A DNA stretch of 64,000 nucleotides. Origin: an uncultured Oscillospiraceae bacterium (GTDB lineage: Bacteria; Bacillota; Clostridia; Oscillospirales; Ruminococcaceae). The translations under genes and the position numbers were made by a program. Positions 52,098 through 61,755 of the stretch are shown here, piece after piece (position 1 is the stretch's first letter; each line of letters begins with the position of its first letter). The stretch spans positions 2,474 to 66,473 of the forward strand of contig CAKSEC010000013.1 in the NCBI GenBank assembly GCA_934446355.1. Direction: 5' to 3'. The notes below the pieces were generated by a model that saw nothing but the letters and a program-made list of their open reading frames with translations, made no database searches and had not been told where the DNA came from.

Positions 52098-52556
52098 GAT
52101 CACTATACCGCATGGCGTGAACTGGAAGCGCTTAATTCTGCAGGATATATTCGTGCGATAGGCGTATCGAATTTCGAGCCTGACCGGCTTATCGACCTTG
52201 CTGCCTACAACAGCGTAAAGCCCGCTGTAAATCAGATAGAAACTCATCTTTACTGCCAGCGTCAGAAAGAGCACGAATGGGAAAGAAAATACGGAGTTGC
52301 GCACATGGCATATGCGCCGCTCGGACAGGGACACGCAAACGAAATGTTCTCCGAGCCAGTCGTCTGTGAAATAGCCGCAAAATACGCAAAGACCCCCGCA
52401 CAGATACTGCTGCGCCGCACCATTCAGGACGGTGTTACTGTCATACCGAAGTCGGTACATACAAAGCGTATCGCTGAAAATATCAGCATATTTGATTTTG
52501 AACTATTATTGAATATGCGGTCGCTATTAGGACAGAACCGCTGTTTATTACAAAAG
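52098..52556 (+). pseudogene. aldo/keto reductase (2,5-diketo-D-gluconate reductase-like), internal fragment
   Basis: TAWRELEALNSAGYIRAIGVSNFEPDRL...NQIETH...AYAPLGQG...IPKSVHTKRIAENISIFDFEL. About 100 N-terminal residues and the last roughly 25 residues are missing. Confidence 0.65.
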
Positions 52557-52558
52557 AT

Positions 52559-52798
52559 ATCCACCGGTCCCCCGGTGGATCAGTGTGTTGAAAAAGTCTA
52601 CGACCAGACTAGCGAGAAGCCCTCAGATTCTAGGAACCCGCATAACGACTAGGCTTTGTGCCTGTCGTTATGCGGGTTGTGGCAGGACGCCACAAGTGAA
52701 AACCCCAAGCGCAGCACGACGCTGCGCATTAAAGGTTTTCGCCTTACGACGAAGATGAGGGTTTATCGACAGTCTGATCCACCGGTCCCCCGGTGGAT
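52559..52798 (+). repeat. structured intergenic repeat, family 1, copy C (identical 22-nt hairpin at both ends)
   Basis: ATCCACCGGTCCCCCGGTGGAT at 52559-52580 and 52777-52798 brackets a 196-nt core with five predicted stems. Confidence 0.85.
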
Positions 52799-52808
52799 AT
52801 CCATATTT

Positions 52809-53501
52809 TCAGCCCTGCCCGTAGTAAGCATTCGCACCGTGCTTTCTGAGATAATGCTTATCCAAAAGTTCCTGCTGCATTCTGCCTGCGGTGGGAGCGA
52901 TGGTCAGCGCATGGTAGTTCATGAATGCGACTTCCTCCAGCACAACGGAATTGTGAACCGCTTCATGGGCGTCCTTACCCCATGTGAAAGGACCATGGCT
53001 CTTAACAAGCACCGCCGGAATGCTCATGGGGTCAACTCCTGCAAATGTTTCTATTATGACCTTTCCGGTCTCCTTCTCGTACTCGCCGTGAATTTCCTTG
53101 GGAGTCATCGCACGGGTGCAGGGGATCTCGCCATAGAAGTAGTCGCCTTGGGTAGTTCCCATTGGCTGGATACCAACGCCAGCCTGCGCAAATGAAGTCG
53201 CCCAGCGGCTGTGGGTGTGTACGACTCCGCCGATAGCCGGGAATGCACGATAAAGTTCAAGATGAGTGGGCGTGTCGCTGGAGGGCTTCCACTTGCCCTC
53301 GGCGACCTTTCCGGTCGCAAGCTCAACTACCACCATATCCTCGGCGGTCATTCCCTCATAGGGCACACCGGAGGGCTTTATAACCATCATGCCGCTCTCA
53401 CGGTCGACGGCGGAAACATTGCCCCATGTGAACGTTACAAGGTTGTATTTCGGAAGCAGAAGATTGGCTTCCAGTACTTCCTGCTTTAATTTCTCTAACA
53501 T
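52809..53501 (-). CDS. araD: L-ribulose-5-phosphate 4-epimerase
   Basis: [36 protein letters not shown] and HTHS. Start at ATG 53501. Confidence 0.9.
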   Translation of the reverse strand: MLEKLKQEVLEANLLLPKYNLVTFTWGNVSAVDRESGMMVIKPSGVPYEGMTAEDMVVVELATGKVAEGKWKPSSDTPTHLELYRAFPAIGGVVHTHSRWATSFAQAGVGIQPMGTTQGDYFYGEIPCTRAMTPKEIHGEYEKETGKVIIETFAGVDPMSIPAVLVKSHGPFTWGKDAHEAVHNSVVLEEVAFMNYHALTIAPTAGRMQQELLDKHYLRKHGANAYYGQG

Positions 53502-53514
53502 ACTGCGTCCTTTC

Positions 53515-55086
53515 TTACTTCGCTGCTGCAAATTCAGCCGCCAGTCCGCGCTTGTAGTTCTCCATGAATTTCCGGAAACCCTGTGCGCCCTTTTCCTCAG
53601 GCTGTAATGTAGTGGATTCCATGCTGCTGAATACCTTGCCGCCGAGGAACTCCGGCAGGGACTTTCCGCCGCATACGGAGTATGCCGCAAGCAGAGCCAT
53701 TCCCCATGCGCCGCCCTCGCCGGCGGTTTTCATGACGGATACCGCACAGCCAAGCCCGTCCGCAAGGAACTGCTGCGCAACTCCCTTTGTCTTGAACAGA
53801 CCGCCGTGTCCGGTTATCTTGTCAACGGAAACCTGCTCCTTGTCGAACAGGATATCCATGCCGAGTTTCAGTGCTGCCATCGTGGAATAAATCTCTGCAC
53901 GGAACAGGTTTGCAAGGTTGAATTTTCCGTCCGGGGTGCGGAAATACATCGGTCTGCCGTTCTCAGCGCCGGCAACAGGCTCGCCGGAAAGGAAATTGTA
54001 CACAACGGTATCGCCGCAGTCCGGATCGCCTTTCAGCGCATGATAATACAGCATATCATAAAGCGCAGGCTTTGCGGTCGGGTGACCGCTCAGTTCCGCA
54101 AATTCGCCGAAGATCCTTACCCATGCGTCCAACTCAGAGGAACAGTTATTGCAGTGCACCATAGCCACCGGAGCACCGTCCGGGGTGGTCACTACGTCTA
54201 TCTCAGGGTAGTAGCCTTTGAGCGGCTTGTCAAGAACAAGCATAGCAAATATTGAAGTTCCTGCAGATACATTTCCGGTTCGTGGGAGAACGCTGTTCGT
54301 TGCAACCATACCGGTTCCAGCGTCGCCCTCCGGCGGGCACACGGGGACTCCCGGCTGAAGCGTCCCTGTCGGGTCGAGGAACTTTGCACCTTCCGCAGTC
54401 AGCACGGCTTCCTTTGCGCCGGCATTAAGCACCGCCGGCAAGACTTCCAGCAGCTTTCCGGAGAATCCCTTTTCCGAAAGGCTTTTATCGACCTTTGCTA
54501 TGTATTCTGCGTTATACCCGATAACGTCAACCGGGAAGATCCCGGAGGCCTCGCCAACGCCGACCTGACGCTTTCCTGTCAGCAGATAGTGGATATGCCC
54601 CGCAAGCGTATTGACGTGTGCGATGTTCTTAACGTGCTCCTCGCCGTTCAATACCGCCTGATAAAGATGTGCAATACTCCACCGCTGCGGTATATTGAAT
54701 CCGAGCAGCCCCGACAGCTCAGAAGCCGCCTGCTCGGTAATAGTGTTTCTCCATGTGCGGAACGGAACCAGCAGTCTGTCGTCCTTGTCGAACGCCATGT
54801 AGCCGTGCATCATGCCGGAGATCCCCATTGCGCCGTAACCCGTGGGAGTTACGCCGTATTTGCTCTTGACGTCCTCAGCAAGGCTTGCGTAGCAGTGCTG
54901 AAGTCCTGCCGTGATATCTTCCAGCGAGTAAGTCCACACGCCGTTTTCATAGCGGTTCTGCCAGTCGTGGCTTCCCGAAGCGATGGGCGCAAATGTATCG
55001 TCTATCAGCACCGCCTTGATTCTGGTGGAACCAAATTCGATACCCAGATATGTTTTGCCGTTTTGTATTTTTTCCTGTATCGTCAT
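53515..55086 (-). CDS. FGGY-family sugar kinase, probable L-ribulokinase
   Basis: [15 protein letters not shown]-terminus, the FGGY fold length, and its position between araA and araD. Start at MTIQEK (55086). Confidence 0.8.
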   Translation of the reverse strand: MTIQEKIQNGKTYLGIEFGSTRIKAVLIDDTFAPIASGSHDWQNRYENGVWTYSLEDITAGLQHCYASLAEDVKSKYGVTPTGYGAMGISGMMHGYMAFDKDDRLLVPFRTWRNTITEQAASELSGLLGFNIPQRWSIAHLYQAVLNGEEHVKNIAHVNTLAGHIHYLLTGKRQVGVGEASGIFPVDVIGYNAEYIAKVDKSLSEKGFSGKLLEVLPAVLNAGAKEAVLTAEGAKFLDPTGTLQPGVPVCPPEGDAGTGMVATNSVLPRTGNVSAGTSIFAMLVLDKPLKGYYPEIDVVTTPDGAPVAMVHCNNCSSELDAWVRIFGEFAELSGHPTAKPALYDMLYYHALKGDPDCGDTVVYNFLSGEPVAGAENGRPMYFRTPDGKFNLANLFRAEIYSTMAALKLGMDILFDKEQVSVDKITGHGGLFKTKGVAQQFLADGLGCAVSVMKTAGEGGAWGMALLAAYSVCGGKSLPEFLGGKVFSSMESTTLQPEEKGAQGFRKFMENYKRGLAAEFAAAK

Positions 55087-55090
55087 ACTA

Positions 55091-56557
55091 TCACCTCTTG
55101 AGAGCTGCAGCAGCGTCAAGCAATGCAAGCTGCTGCTCAAAGCTGTTGATATCAGTCTTGTCGTCGATTACCACAAGCTCCGTATTCGTCATCTTTGCAA
55201 ACAGGCGGATATCATCGGCCGTGAGAGCCGTGGAAACTACCGCATGATGTGCACCGCCGGCATATATCCATGCTGCCGCACCAGTTGCGAAATCCGGCTT
55301 CAGCTTCCACATCAGTCTTGCGACAGGAAGCTTCGGCATGGGAGCAGGCTGCTTTACAAGCGTGATCTCAGCGCATACAAGACGGAATCTGTCGCCAAGG
55401 TCTATCATGGAAACTGCGATACCCTCGCCGTCAATGCCGTCGAACACAAGGCGTGCCGGGTCGGATTTTCCGCCGATCCCAAGCGGGTGCACCTGAATTT
55501 CCGGCTTGTTTGCTGCGAACACCGGAGATACCTCAAGCATATGCGCCGCAAGCTCCAGTTCCTCGCCGGAAGTGAGGTCGTAGGTGTAGTCCTCCATAAA
55601 TCCGGTGGAACCCTTTCTCCCCTCGGACATCTTGAACAGAACCGCACCGAGTGCCGCAGTCTTGTAGTCGCCCTCAGGACCGAAGCCCACGCCCTTTGCC
55701 ATGAGATTCTGCGCCGCGATTCCGGGAAGCTGGTTCAGCCCGTGGAGGTCCTGGAACGTATCGGTGAATGCGCCTATCCTTTCCCGTGCGATGAACTTGT
55801 CGAGAGCCACTTCGTACTTAGCCTGCTCGCGGACAGCGGCGATGTTGTCAGTCGCCATCGTGTACTTTTCGGTGTATTCAGCCATTTTAGCGTCTATCTC
55901 TGATTCAGTAACGCTGTCTGCGATCTCCGCTACATCGCCGATACCGTAGTAGTTCACGTTCCAGCCAAAGCATATCTCGCTTTCAACACGGTCGCCGTCC
56001 GTAACTGCGACATCACGCATATTGTTTCCAAGCATTGCTACCCTCAGAGTCCTGCTGAATGCAGCAGCAGAAGCCGCATGAGCAAATCTGCGTATCTTCT
56101 CAATAACGTCCTCGTGCTGATAGTAGCCCACAACGACCTCGCGCTTAATGCCGAGCCTTGTGCAGATGAATCCGAACTCACGGTCGCCGTGCGCAGACTG
56201 GTTGAGGTTCATAAAGTCCATGTCAATGCTGTCGTAAGGAAGCTTTTCATTGAACTGCGTATGCAGGTGGAGCATGGGCTTTTTCAGGGCTTTCAGCGCT
56301 CTTATCCACATCTTGGCGGGAGAGAACGTGTGCATCCACATGATAACGCCTATGCACTCCTTATCGGAGGAAGCACGAACGCAGATGTCCTCGGCTTCGT
56401 CGGCGGTCTTTACCACCGGCTGGAATACGACTTGTGCGATGTCTGAGAGCTTTTCGTTCAGGAAATCAGCCATCTGGGTGCTGTCCTTTGCCGCCTGCGC
56501 AAGAGTTTCCTCGCCATAAAGGTCCTGACTTCCGGTAACAAAGTATATCTTGTTCAT
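55091..56557 (-). CDS. araA: L-arabinose isomerase
   Basis: A 488-aa ORF with MNKIYFVTGSQDLYGEETL and FMEDYTYDL... blocks. Confidence 0.9.
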   Translation of the reverse strand: MNKIYFVTGSQDLYGEETLAQAAKDSTQMADFLNEKLSDIAQVVFQPVVKTADEAEDICVRASSDKECIGVIMWMHTFSPAKMWIRALKALKKPMLHLHTQFNEKLPYDSIDMDFMNLNQSAHGDREFGFICTRLGIKREVVVGYYQHEDVIEKIRRFAHAASAAAFSRTLRVAMLGNNMRDVAVTDGDRVESEICFGWNVNYYGIGDVAEIADSVTESEIDAKMAEYTEKYTMATDNIAAVREQAKYEVALDKFIARERIGAFTDTFQDLHGLNQLPGIAAQNLMAKGVGFGPEGDYKTAALGAVLFKMSEGRKGSTGFMEDYTYDLTSGEELELAAHMLEVSPVFAANKPEIQVHPLGIGGKSDPARLVFDGIDGEGIAVSMIDLGDRFRLVCAEITLVKQPAPMPKLPVARLMWKLKPDFATGAAAWIYAGGAHHAVVSTALTADDIRLFAKMTNTELVVIDDKTDINSFEQQLALLDAAAALKR

Positions 56558-56573
56558 AGTAAATCTCCTTTAC

Positions 56574-56610
56574 AAAAAAGCCGCACTGAAAGGGTATGTT
56601 TCAGTGCGGC
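56574..56610 (-). terminator. strong rho-independent terminator between the ABC importer genes and araA
   Basis: The minus strand reads GCCGCACTGAAA-N7-TTTCAGTGCGGC followed by TTTTTT, about 17 nt before the araA RBS. Confidence 0.75.
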
Positions 56611-56616
56611 CTGTTA

Positions 56617-57654
56617 TTACGCCTTTTTCTTGTTCTTTCTGGAAAGAACAACGCTCTGGATAACAAGGAACAGGCAGATCATCGCCGCAACGGTAATGTT
56701 CGTCCACCATGCGTCGTCAAGTCCGAGGGAAGAAACAATGTTCTTTATCGTACTCAGCGAGATGACTCCGAACAGCGTTCCTATGATGTTGCCGGAACCG
56801 CCTGAGAGCATCGTGCCACCGATGATGGAGGAAGCGATCGCGTTCATCTCGGCTCCGCTTGCATGGGAGGGTGAACCGGAGCCGACATGAAGGAAGTAAA
56901 CAAAGCCGCCTATACCTGCGAGCACTCCGCACATCAGGTAAGCGAAGAACTTTGTGCGCTTAACGTTGATACCGAGCATATTTGCGCTCTGACTGTTGCC
57001 GCCGATTGCATAGAAGCCACGTCCGAGCTTGCCCCATTTGAGGAACAAGAACAGTAAAACCACTATCAGCAGCGCAGCTACAACGCCTATTTCTATGTAC
57101 GCCGGAACAAATACGCCGTGCTTGTTCGTGGAGCCTATTCCGGGAAGTGTTAATCTTGTTTCCTTGAGTGCGCGGAACTCTTCGTTCTCAACGTTGAACT
57201 GCGTTGCGTTGACGATGGTAGTCATGCCCTTTGCGAAGAACATTCCCGCCAGCGTTACGATGAACGGCTGTATTTCCAGATATGCTATCAGATATCCCTG
57301 AACAAGTCCGAAAGCGGTTCCTATTCCGAGGGCTATCAGGATAGAGGTCAATACATTGCCTCCGCCGTAGTCGAGGTTCATTGCGCAGCACATACATACG
57401 AGCGACGTAACCGCGCCGACCGAGATGTCGATACCGCCGGTTATCATTACAAGGCTCATTCCACAGGAGAGGATTATCAGAGCTGCGTTCTCATTGAGTA
57501 TGTTGAAGAAAGTCTGCACTTTCGTGAAGCCTGAGCCGATGAACACCACAGCGCAGATGTACATTACAACGAATATCGCAATGGTGATGACCAGAAGCAG
57601 ATTAGAGTCAGATAATCTCCGTGAACTGCCGTTGGAGTTTTTCAGAAATTTCAT
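56617..57654 (-). CDS. sugar ABC transporter permease (YjfF/RbsC-like)
   Basis: A 345-aa polytopic protein adjacent to a second permease. Confidence 0.85.
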   Translation of the reverse strand: MKFLKNSNGSSRRLSDSNLLLVITIAIFVVMYICAVVFIGSGFTKVQTFFNILNENAALIILSCGMSLVMITGGIDISVGAVTSLVCMCCAMNLDYGGGNVLTSILIALGIGTAFGLVQGYLIAYLEIQPFIVTLAGMFFAKGMTTIVNATQFNVENEEFRALKETRLTLPGIGSTNKHGVFVPAYIEIGVVAALLIVVLLFLFLKWGKLGRGFYAIGGNSQSANMLGINVKRTKFFAYLMCGVLAGIGGFVYFLHVGSGSPSHASGAEMNAIASSIIGGTMLSGGSGNIIGTLFGVISLSTIKNIVSSLGLDDAWWTNITVAAMICLFLVIQSVVLSRKNKKKA

Positions 57655-57655
57655 A

Positions 57656-58774
57656 CTAATTCGCCTCCTTGACGGGATTTCTGCGAGAAGCTATCTTCTT
57701 GCGGAGCGATGCAAGCTTGCTGCGTACAGTAGGAGCGCTGAGAACTACCAGAATAATTACTACGACCGCCTTGTATGCGGGAAGTGCAGTAGGAGCAACC
57801 TGGAACTTATAAAGAGTCGTCGTCAGGAACTGGATAACATAAGCGCCGAGTATTGAGGACGCCATGTTGAACTTACCGCCGCTGAGCGCATTTCCGCCGA
57901 GGGCTACCGCAAGGATAGCGTCCATCTCGATGTCCTTTGCAACTACCGAGTAGTTGATGGAGGAGATACGGCTGACCTTGATGAAGCCTGCGACCGCAAC
58001 GCACAGCCCAAGTATAACGTAGGTCATGAACTTGATTCGTGCGGGGTTCAGACCGTTAAGTCTGGAGGATTCGGAGTTTATGCCGACCGCCTGTGTGAAC
58101 AGTCCCAGCTTTGTGAACCGGAGCACCAGTGCGATTATCACAATACATATTGCTGCAATGAATATCGGGGTCGGGAGCGGCAATCCGGGAATGAAGTTGC
58201 CGAACCAGCCGAAGCTTTCGTCGTTGATGACGGGAAGCTGGTTGTTGTTTATCCATGCCGCGATAGAACGTCCTGCGGTGAAGAGGATAAGCGTTGCGAC
58301 CATCGGCTGTATCTTGAAGTAAGCCACCAGAGCACCGTTGAATGCGCCTAACAGCATTGATACGACAACACAGGCGAGGAATGCAACGATTATCGGCGCA
58401 TGAAGCGTTTCCGGACTGACCTCGCCGCCGCAGAGAACTCTCAGAACAACGCTGCCCGCAACTGCGATAGTCGCACCGACGCTGATATCCTGTCCGCCGG
58501 AAGCTGATGTTACCAGCGTCATGCCGATAGCAAGAATAGCAAGCTCTGAAGCGTTATCAAGGATAGTGATGATGTTGCCAGAAATAACCATATCGCCGGC
58601 ACTGTTCGGAGCATATTTGATCGCAAAGAACGATGGGTCAGCGATCAGGTTGAACAGCACCAGTATCAGCAGTGCCGCCAACGGAATAAATATCTGATTC
58701 CTGACCGCTCTTTTCAGAAAAGCAAGGAACTTGTTCCCGCCTGTTTTTTCAAGCGTTTTCATGAACCTTTTCAC
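57656..58774 (-). CDS. sugar ABC transporter permease (YtfT/RbsC-like)
   Basis: A 372-aa polytopic protein. Confidence 0.85.
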   Translation of the reverse strand: MKRFMKTLEKTGGNKFLAFLKRAVRNQIFIPLAALLILVLFNLIADPSFFAIKYAPNSAGDMVISGNIITILDNASELAILAIGMTLVTSASGGQDISVGATIAVAGSVVLRVLCGGEVSPETLHAPIIVAFLACVVVSMLLGAFNGALVAYFKIQPMVATLILFTAGRSIAAWINNNQLPVINDESFGWFGNFIPGLPLPTPIFIAAICIVIIALVLRFTKLGLFTQAVGINSESSRLNGLNPARIKFMTYVILGLCVAVAGFIKVSRISSINYSVVAKDIEMDAILAVALGGNALSGGKFNMASSILGAYVIQFLTTTLYKFQVAPTALPAYKAVVVIILVVLSAPTVRSKLASLRKKIASRRNPVKEAN

Positions 58775-60281
58775 CTCCTGCGATCGTTTCCATTATCTTG
58801 GACTGGTTCAGGTCGGAGCCGGTAAGCTCGCCTGCGGTCTTTCTGTCGCGCATTACAATCAGTCTTGAACATACGTTCAGCATTTCGTCTATCTCAGAGG
58901 AGATGAACGTTACGCTCTTGCCCTCGGCGGCGAGTTTGAGAACCAGCTTCTGAATTTCGAGCTTGGTGCCTACGTCGATACCTCTCGTGGGTTCGTCGAG
59001 GATAAGGTATACAGGGTTCGCAAGAAGCCATCTTGCGAGAATAACTTTCTGCTGATTACCGCCGGAAAGCGACTTTATCGGAGTGTCCGGGGAAGCCGTC
59101 TTTATTTCCAGCAGCTTTATGTATTCGTCGGCATATTTCGCAGCGTCCGCCTTTGATATCGGCCGGAACATTCCACGCATTACCTGCAGCGCAAGGATTA
59201 TATTATCCTTGACGGACAGGTCGCCGATGATACCATCGTGCTTTCTGTCCTCGGGGAGGTAGCTTATGCCGTGCTTCATTGCGTCAAGCGGCTTTCTTAT
59301 CTTGACCGGCTTGCCGTTCATCTTGACCGTGCCGCCGATTATAGTGTCGGCGCCGAAAATCGTGCGGACTGATTCGCTTCGGCCTGAGCCGAGAAGTCCG
59401 GTGAAGCCGTTTACCTCGCCCTTTCTTATCGAGAAATTGAAAGGCGCTATGCCGGCGTTGCTGGCAAGTCCCTCAGCCTCGAATACCGGAGGCTCGCCGT
59501 TGGTTTCCTGCTCGACCTCGTGGGGCTTATCCATGTCGGACAGCTTGTTGAGGTCCTTACCGAGCATTTTGGAAACCAGCTCGACTTTCGGAAGATCAGC
59601 TGCGTTGTACTCGCCCTCGAATTTGCCGTCACGCAGTACCGTTATCTTGTCACAAACCGCATAAACCTGATCGAGGAAGTGCGTTACGAATATTATTCCA
59701 ACGCCGCGGCTCTTAAGGTCGAGCATAAGCTTGAACAGCTTCTCAACTTCCTGCTCGTCGAGTGAAGAGGTCGGCTCGTCGAGGATAAGCACCTTGCAGT
59801 CCATATCGACTGCACGGGCTATCGCAACCATCTGCTGGACTGCGAGGGAGCAGCTTCCAAGCTGCTGATTCGGTCTTGCCGGGATATCAAGCGATTCAAG
59901 AAGCTTGCCGGCGTCTGAATACATCTTCTTCCATTTAGTGAAAGCGCCCTTTGATCTGCCGATGTACATATTCTCGGCAACCGTCAGGTTCGGGCAGAGT
60001 GTGATCTCCTGATAAACCGTGCTTATTCCAGCTTTCTGTGCGTCTTGGGTCGACCTGATAACGACAGGAGTAGGATTTCCGGACATATAGATGCTGCCGC
60101 CGTCCTTTTCATATACACCCGTGAGTACCTTTATAAGTGTGGATTTACCAGCACCATTCTCGCCCATCAGCGCGTGTATTTCACCCTTGCGCAGTGTGAA
60201 TTCAACGTTCTGGAGTGCTTTCACACCGGGGAATTCCTTACATATGCCCTCTAGCCTGAGAACAACATTTTCATCACGCAT
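58749..60281 (-). CDS. sugar ABC transporter ATP-binding protein (duplicated ABC domains)
   Basis: GENGAGKST Walker A, LSGGNQQK signature and ILDEPT Walker B twice. Confidence 0.9.
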   Translation of the reverse strand: MRDENVVLRLEGICKEFPGVKALQNVEFTLRKGEIHALMGENGAGKSTLIKVLTGVYEKDGGSIYMSGNPTPVVIRSTQDAQKAGISTVYQEITLCPNLTVAENMYIGRSKGAFTKWKKMYSDAGKLLESLDIPARPNQQLGSCSLAVQQMVAIARAVDMDCKVLILDEPTSSLDEQEVEKLFKLMLDLKSRGVGIIFVTHFLDQVYAVCDKITVLRDGKFEGEYNAADLPKVELVSKMLGKDLNKLSDMDKPHEVEQETNGEPPVFEAEGLASNAGIAPFNFSIRKGEVNGFTGLLGSGRSESVRTIFGADTIIGGTVKMNGKPVKIRKPLDAMKHGISYLPEDRKHDGIIGDLSVKDNIILALQVMRGMFRPISKADAAKYADEYIKLLEIKTASPDTPIKSLSGGNQQKVILARWLLANPVYLILDEPTRGIDVGTKLEIQKLVLKLAAEGKSVTFISSEIDEMLNVCSRLIVMRDRKTAGELTGSDLNQSKIMETIAGGEKVHENA

Positions 60282-60401
60282 TGTCTTCGCCTCCGGTTTG
60301 TTAGTTAACAGAATGGTCCGATATAAGGGATGTGTTATCCATCATATCGGACCGTTTCCGTCATGGCTGATCAGCTGATTCAGCTAGGCTGTTCAGAACG
60401 A

Positions 60402-61418
60402 TCAGATACCGTACTTGTCAACGTCCTCCTGAGTGATCGTGGAAGCGTCGAATCCCTTCTCGTCCATAATGATGACCTTGTTTGCGGGAGCTGTGCCGTT
60501 CTCAAGATCCTTGATGATGGAGTCGATGTAGGAAGCCTGGAAAGGATTGCACTGGCCATCGTAGTTCCAGCTGCCGGAAAGGAGGTTATTAAGAGCCCAC
60601 TTGTTGCAGTCGAAGCCCATTACGATAACATCCTTGCCAACGCCGTGGGAGATGTTAGCCTTGTCGAGGGCTGCAACTGCGCCCTTTGCCATATCGTCGT
60701 TCTCAGCGTAGATAACGTTGAAGGAAGTGCCGCTGTCGATGATGGACTGAACGATCTGCTGTGCTGTTTCTGCGTTCCAGTCAGCGGTCTGCTGTGTAAC
60801 GAGGTTCCAGCTGTCTTCCTCAGCTACCTTGGTGTCGAGGGCGCCGGTTCTGCCGACCTGTGCAGCGGAACCCATCGTGCCCTGGATATGTACTATGTTA
60901 TACTCCGAAAGTCCCTGGGAAGCCAGCCAGTCAACTGCGGTCTGACCTTCCTTAGCCATATCAGATACAATGGAAGCTTCGTACAGGCTTTCGTCAGCGT
61001 CGATGGTTCTGTCGAACAGAATGACCTTGATACCCTGAGCCTGAGCGTCCTTGAGCACGGAGTCCCAGCCGGAAGTGCCGGCAGCGGAGATGAGCAGGTA
61101 ATCCACCTCGGACTGAATGAATGTCTGCGCCATTGCGATCTGCTCGTCGTTCTTAAGGCTGTATGCAAAGGAAGCATCGTAGCCGTTCTCCTCTGTGAAT
61201 GTAGCCTTCATGTCCTTATCGTTCGCTGTACGATAGCCGGACTCGTTGGGGTCGTTGTTGATTATTCCAACTTTAATGAGGTCTCCGCTTGCAGAACCAG
61301 AGCCAGATCCGCTGCTGCCGGATTCAGCAGTGCTGCCGTTGCCTGAGCTGCAGCCTGCGAGTACGCTTGCGGTGAGTGCCAGACCGAGTACCGATGCGAG
61401 TATCTTCTTGATTTTCAT
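60402..61418 (-). CDS. sugar ABC transporter substrate-binding lipoprotein
   Basis: Signal peptide with lipobox LAGC, a Ser/Gly linker, and a periplasmic-binding-protein type I fold pattern. Confidence 0.85.
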   Translation of the reverse strand: MKIKKILASVLGLALTASVLAGCSSGNGSTAESGSSGSGSGSASGDLIKVGIINNDPNESGYRTANDKDMKATFTEENGYDASFAYSLKNDEQIAMAQTFIQSEVDYLLISAAGTSGWDSVLKDAQAQGIKVILFDRTIDADESLYEASIVSDMAKEGQTAVDWLASQGLSEYNIVHIQGTMGSAAQVGRTGALDTKVAEEDSWNLVTQQTADWNAETAQQIVQSIIDSGTSFNVIYAENDDMAKGAVAALDKANISHGVGKDVIVMGFDCNKWALNNLLSGSWNYDGQCNPFQASYIDSIIKDLENGTAPANKVIIMDEKGFDASTITQEDVDKYGI

Positions 61419-61661
61419 AGCTTTTTCCCTCCGATAAAAAATGATCGTTGTGGTTTTGTTTTGGAACGCTTATAACAAATTCCCAGCATGATTGCTACAA
61501 ATTTTATTTTTGTCTGCGTTCCTGTTTGCTGTCCTTATTTTAGCACAAAGGAATAACAAAATCAATGCACAAATCGCACATTATTTTCGAAAAGTTTTTG
61601 TGCACATTCTACAAAAAGCATACTTTTTCGGCAAACAAGTGTGATGCCGAGTAAAAACATC

Positions 61662-61690
61662 TTGACAAATCGGAAGCAAAGTTGTATCAT
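61662..61690 (+). promoter_or_regulatory. sigma-A type promoter of araR
   Basis: TTGACA (61662-61667), 17-nt spacer, TATCAT (61685-61690). Confidence 0.45.
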
Positions 61691-61755
61691 ACGCATAGAT
61701 GAATTTGTATTCTTTCAAAGTTCAGATTTGTACTTTAATATAGGAGCGATAATAT

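Noticed and set aside
52581-52776. Repeat family 1 core as a fragment of a terminator-targeting group II intron or as a riboswitch.
   Set aside because: There is no GUGYG-like 5' end with matching domain V (34-nt bulged hairpin with a GNRA loop), and no reverse transcriptase ORF. The copies have no consistent position upstream of genes, so a cis-regulatory riboswitch is unlikely. It is kept as an unknown structured repeat.
60330-61346. A 338-aa ORF on the + strand, the same length as the binding-protein gene it mirrors.
   Set aside because: It is antisense to a gene with a clear lipoprotein signal and sugar-binding pattern. Its own translation is low-complexity (V/A/L/G-rich) with no start context. 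This is a typical shadow ORF.
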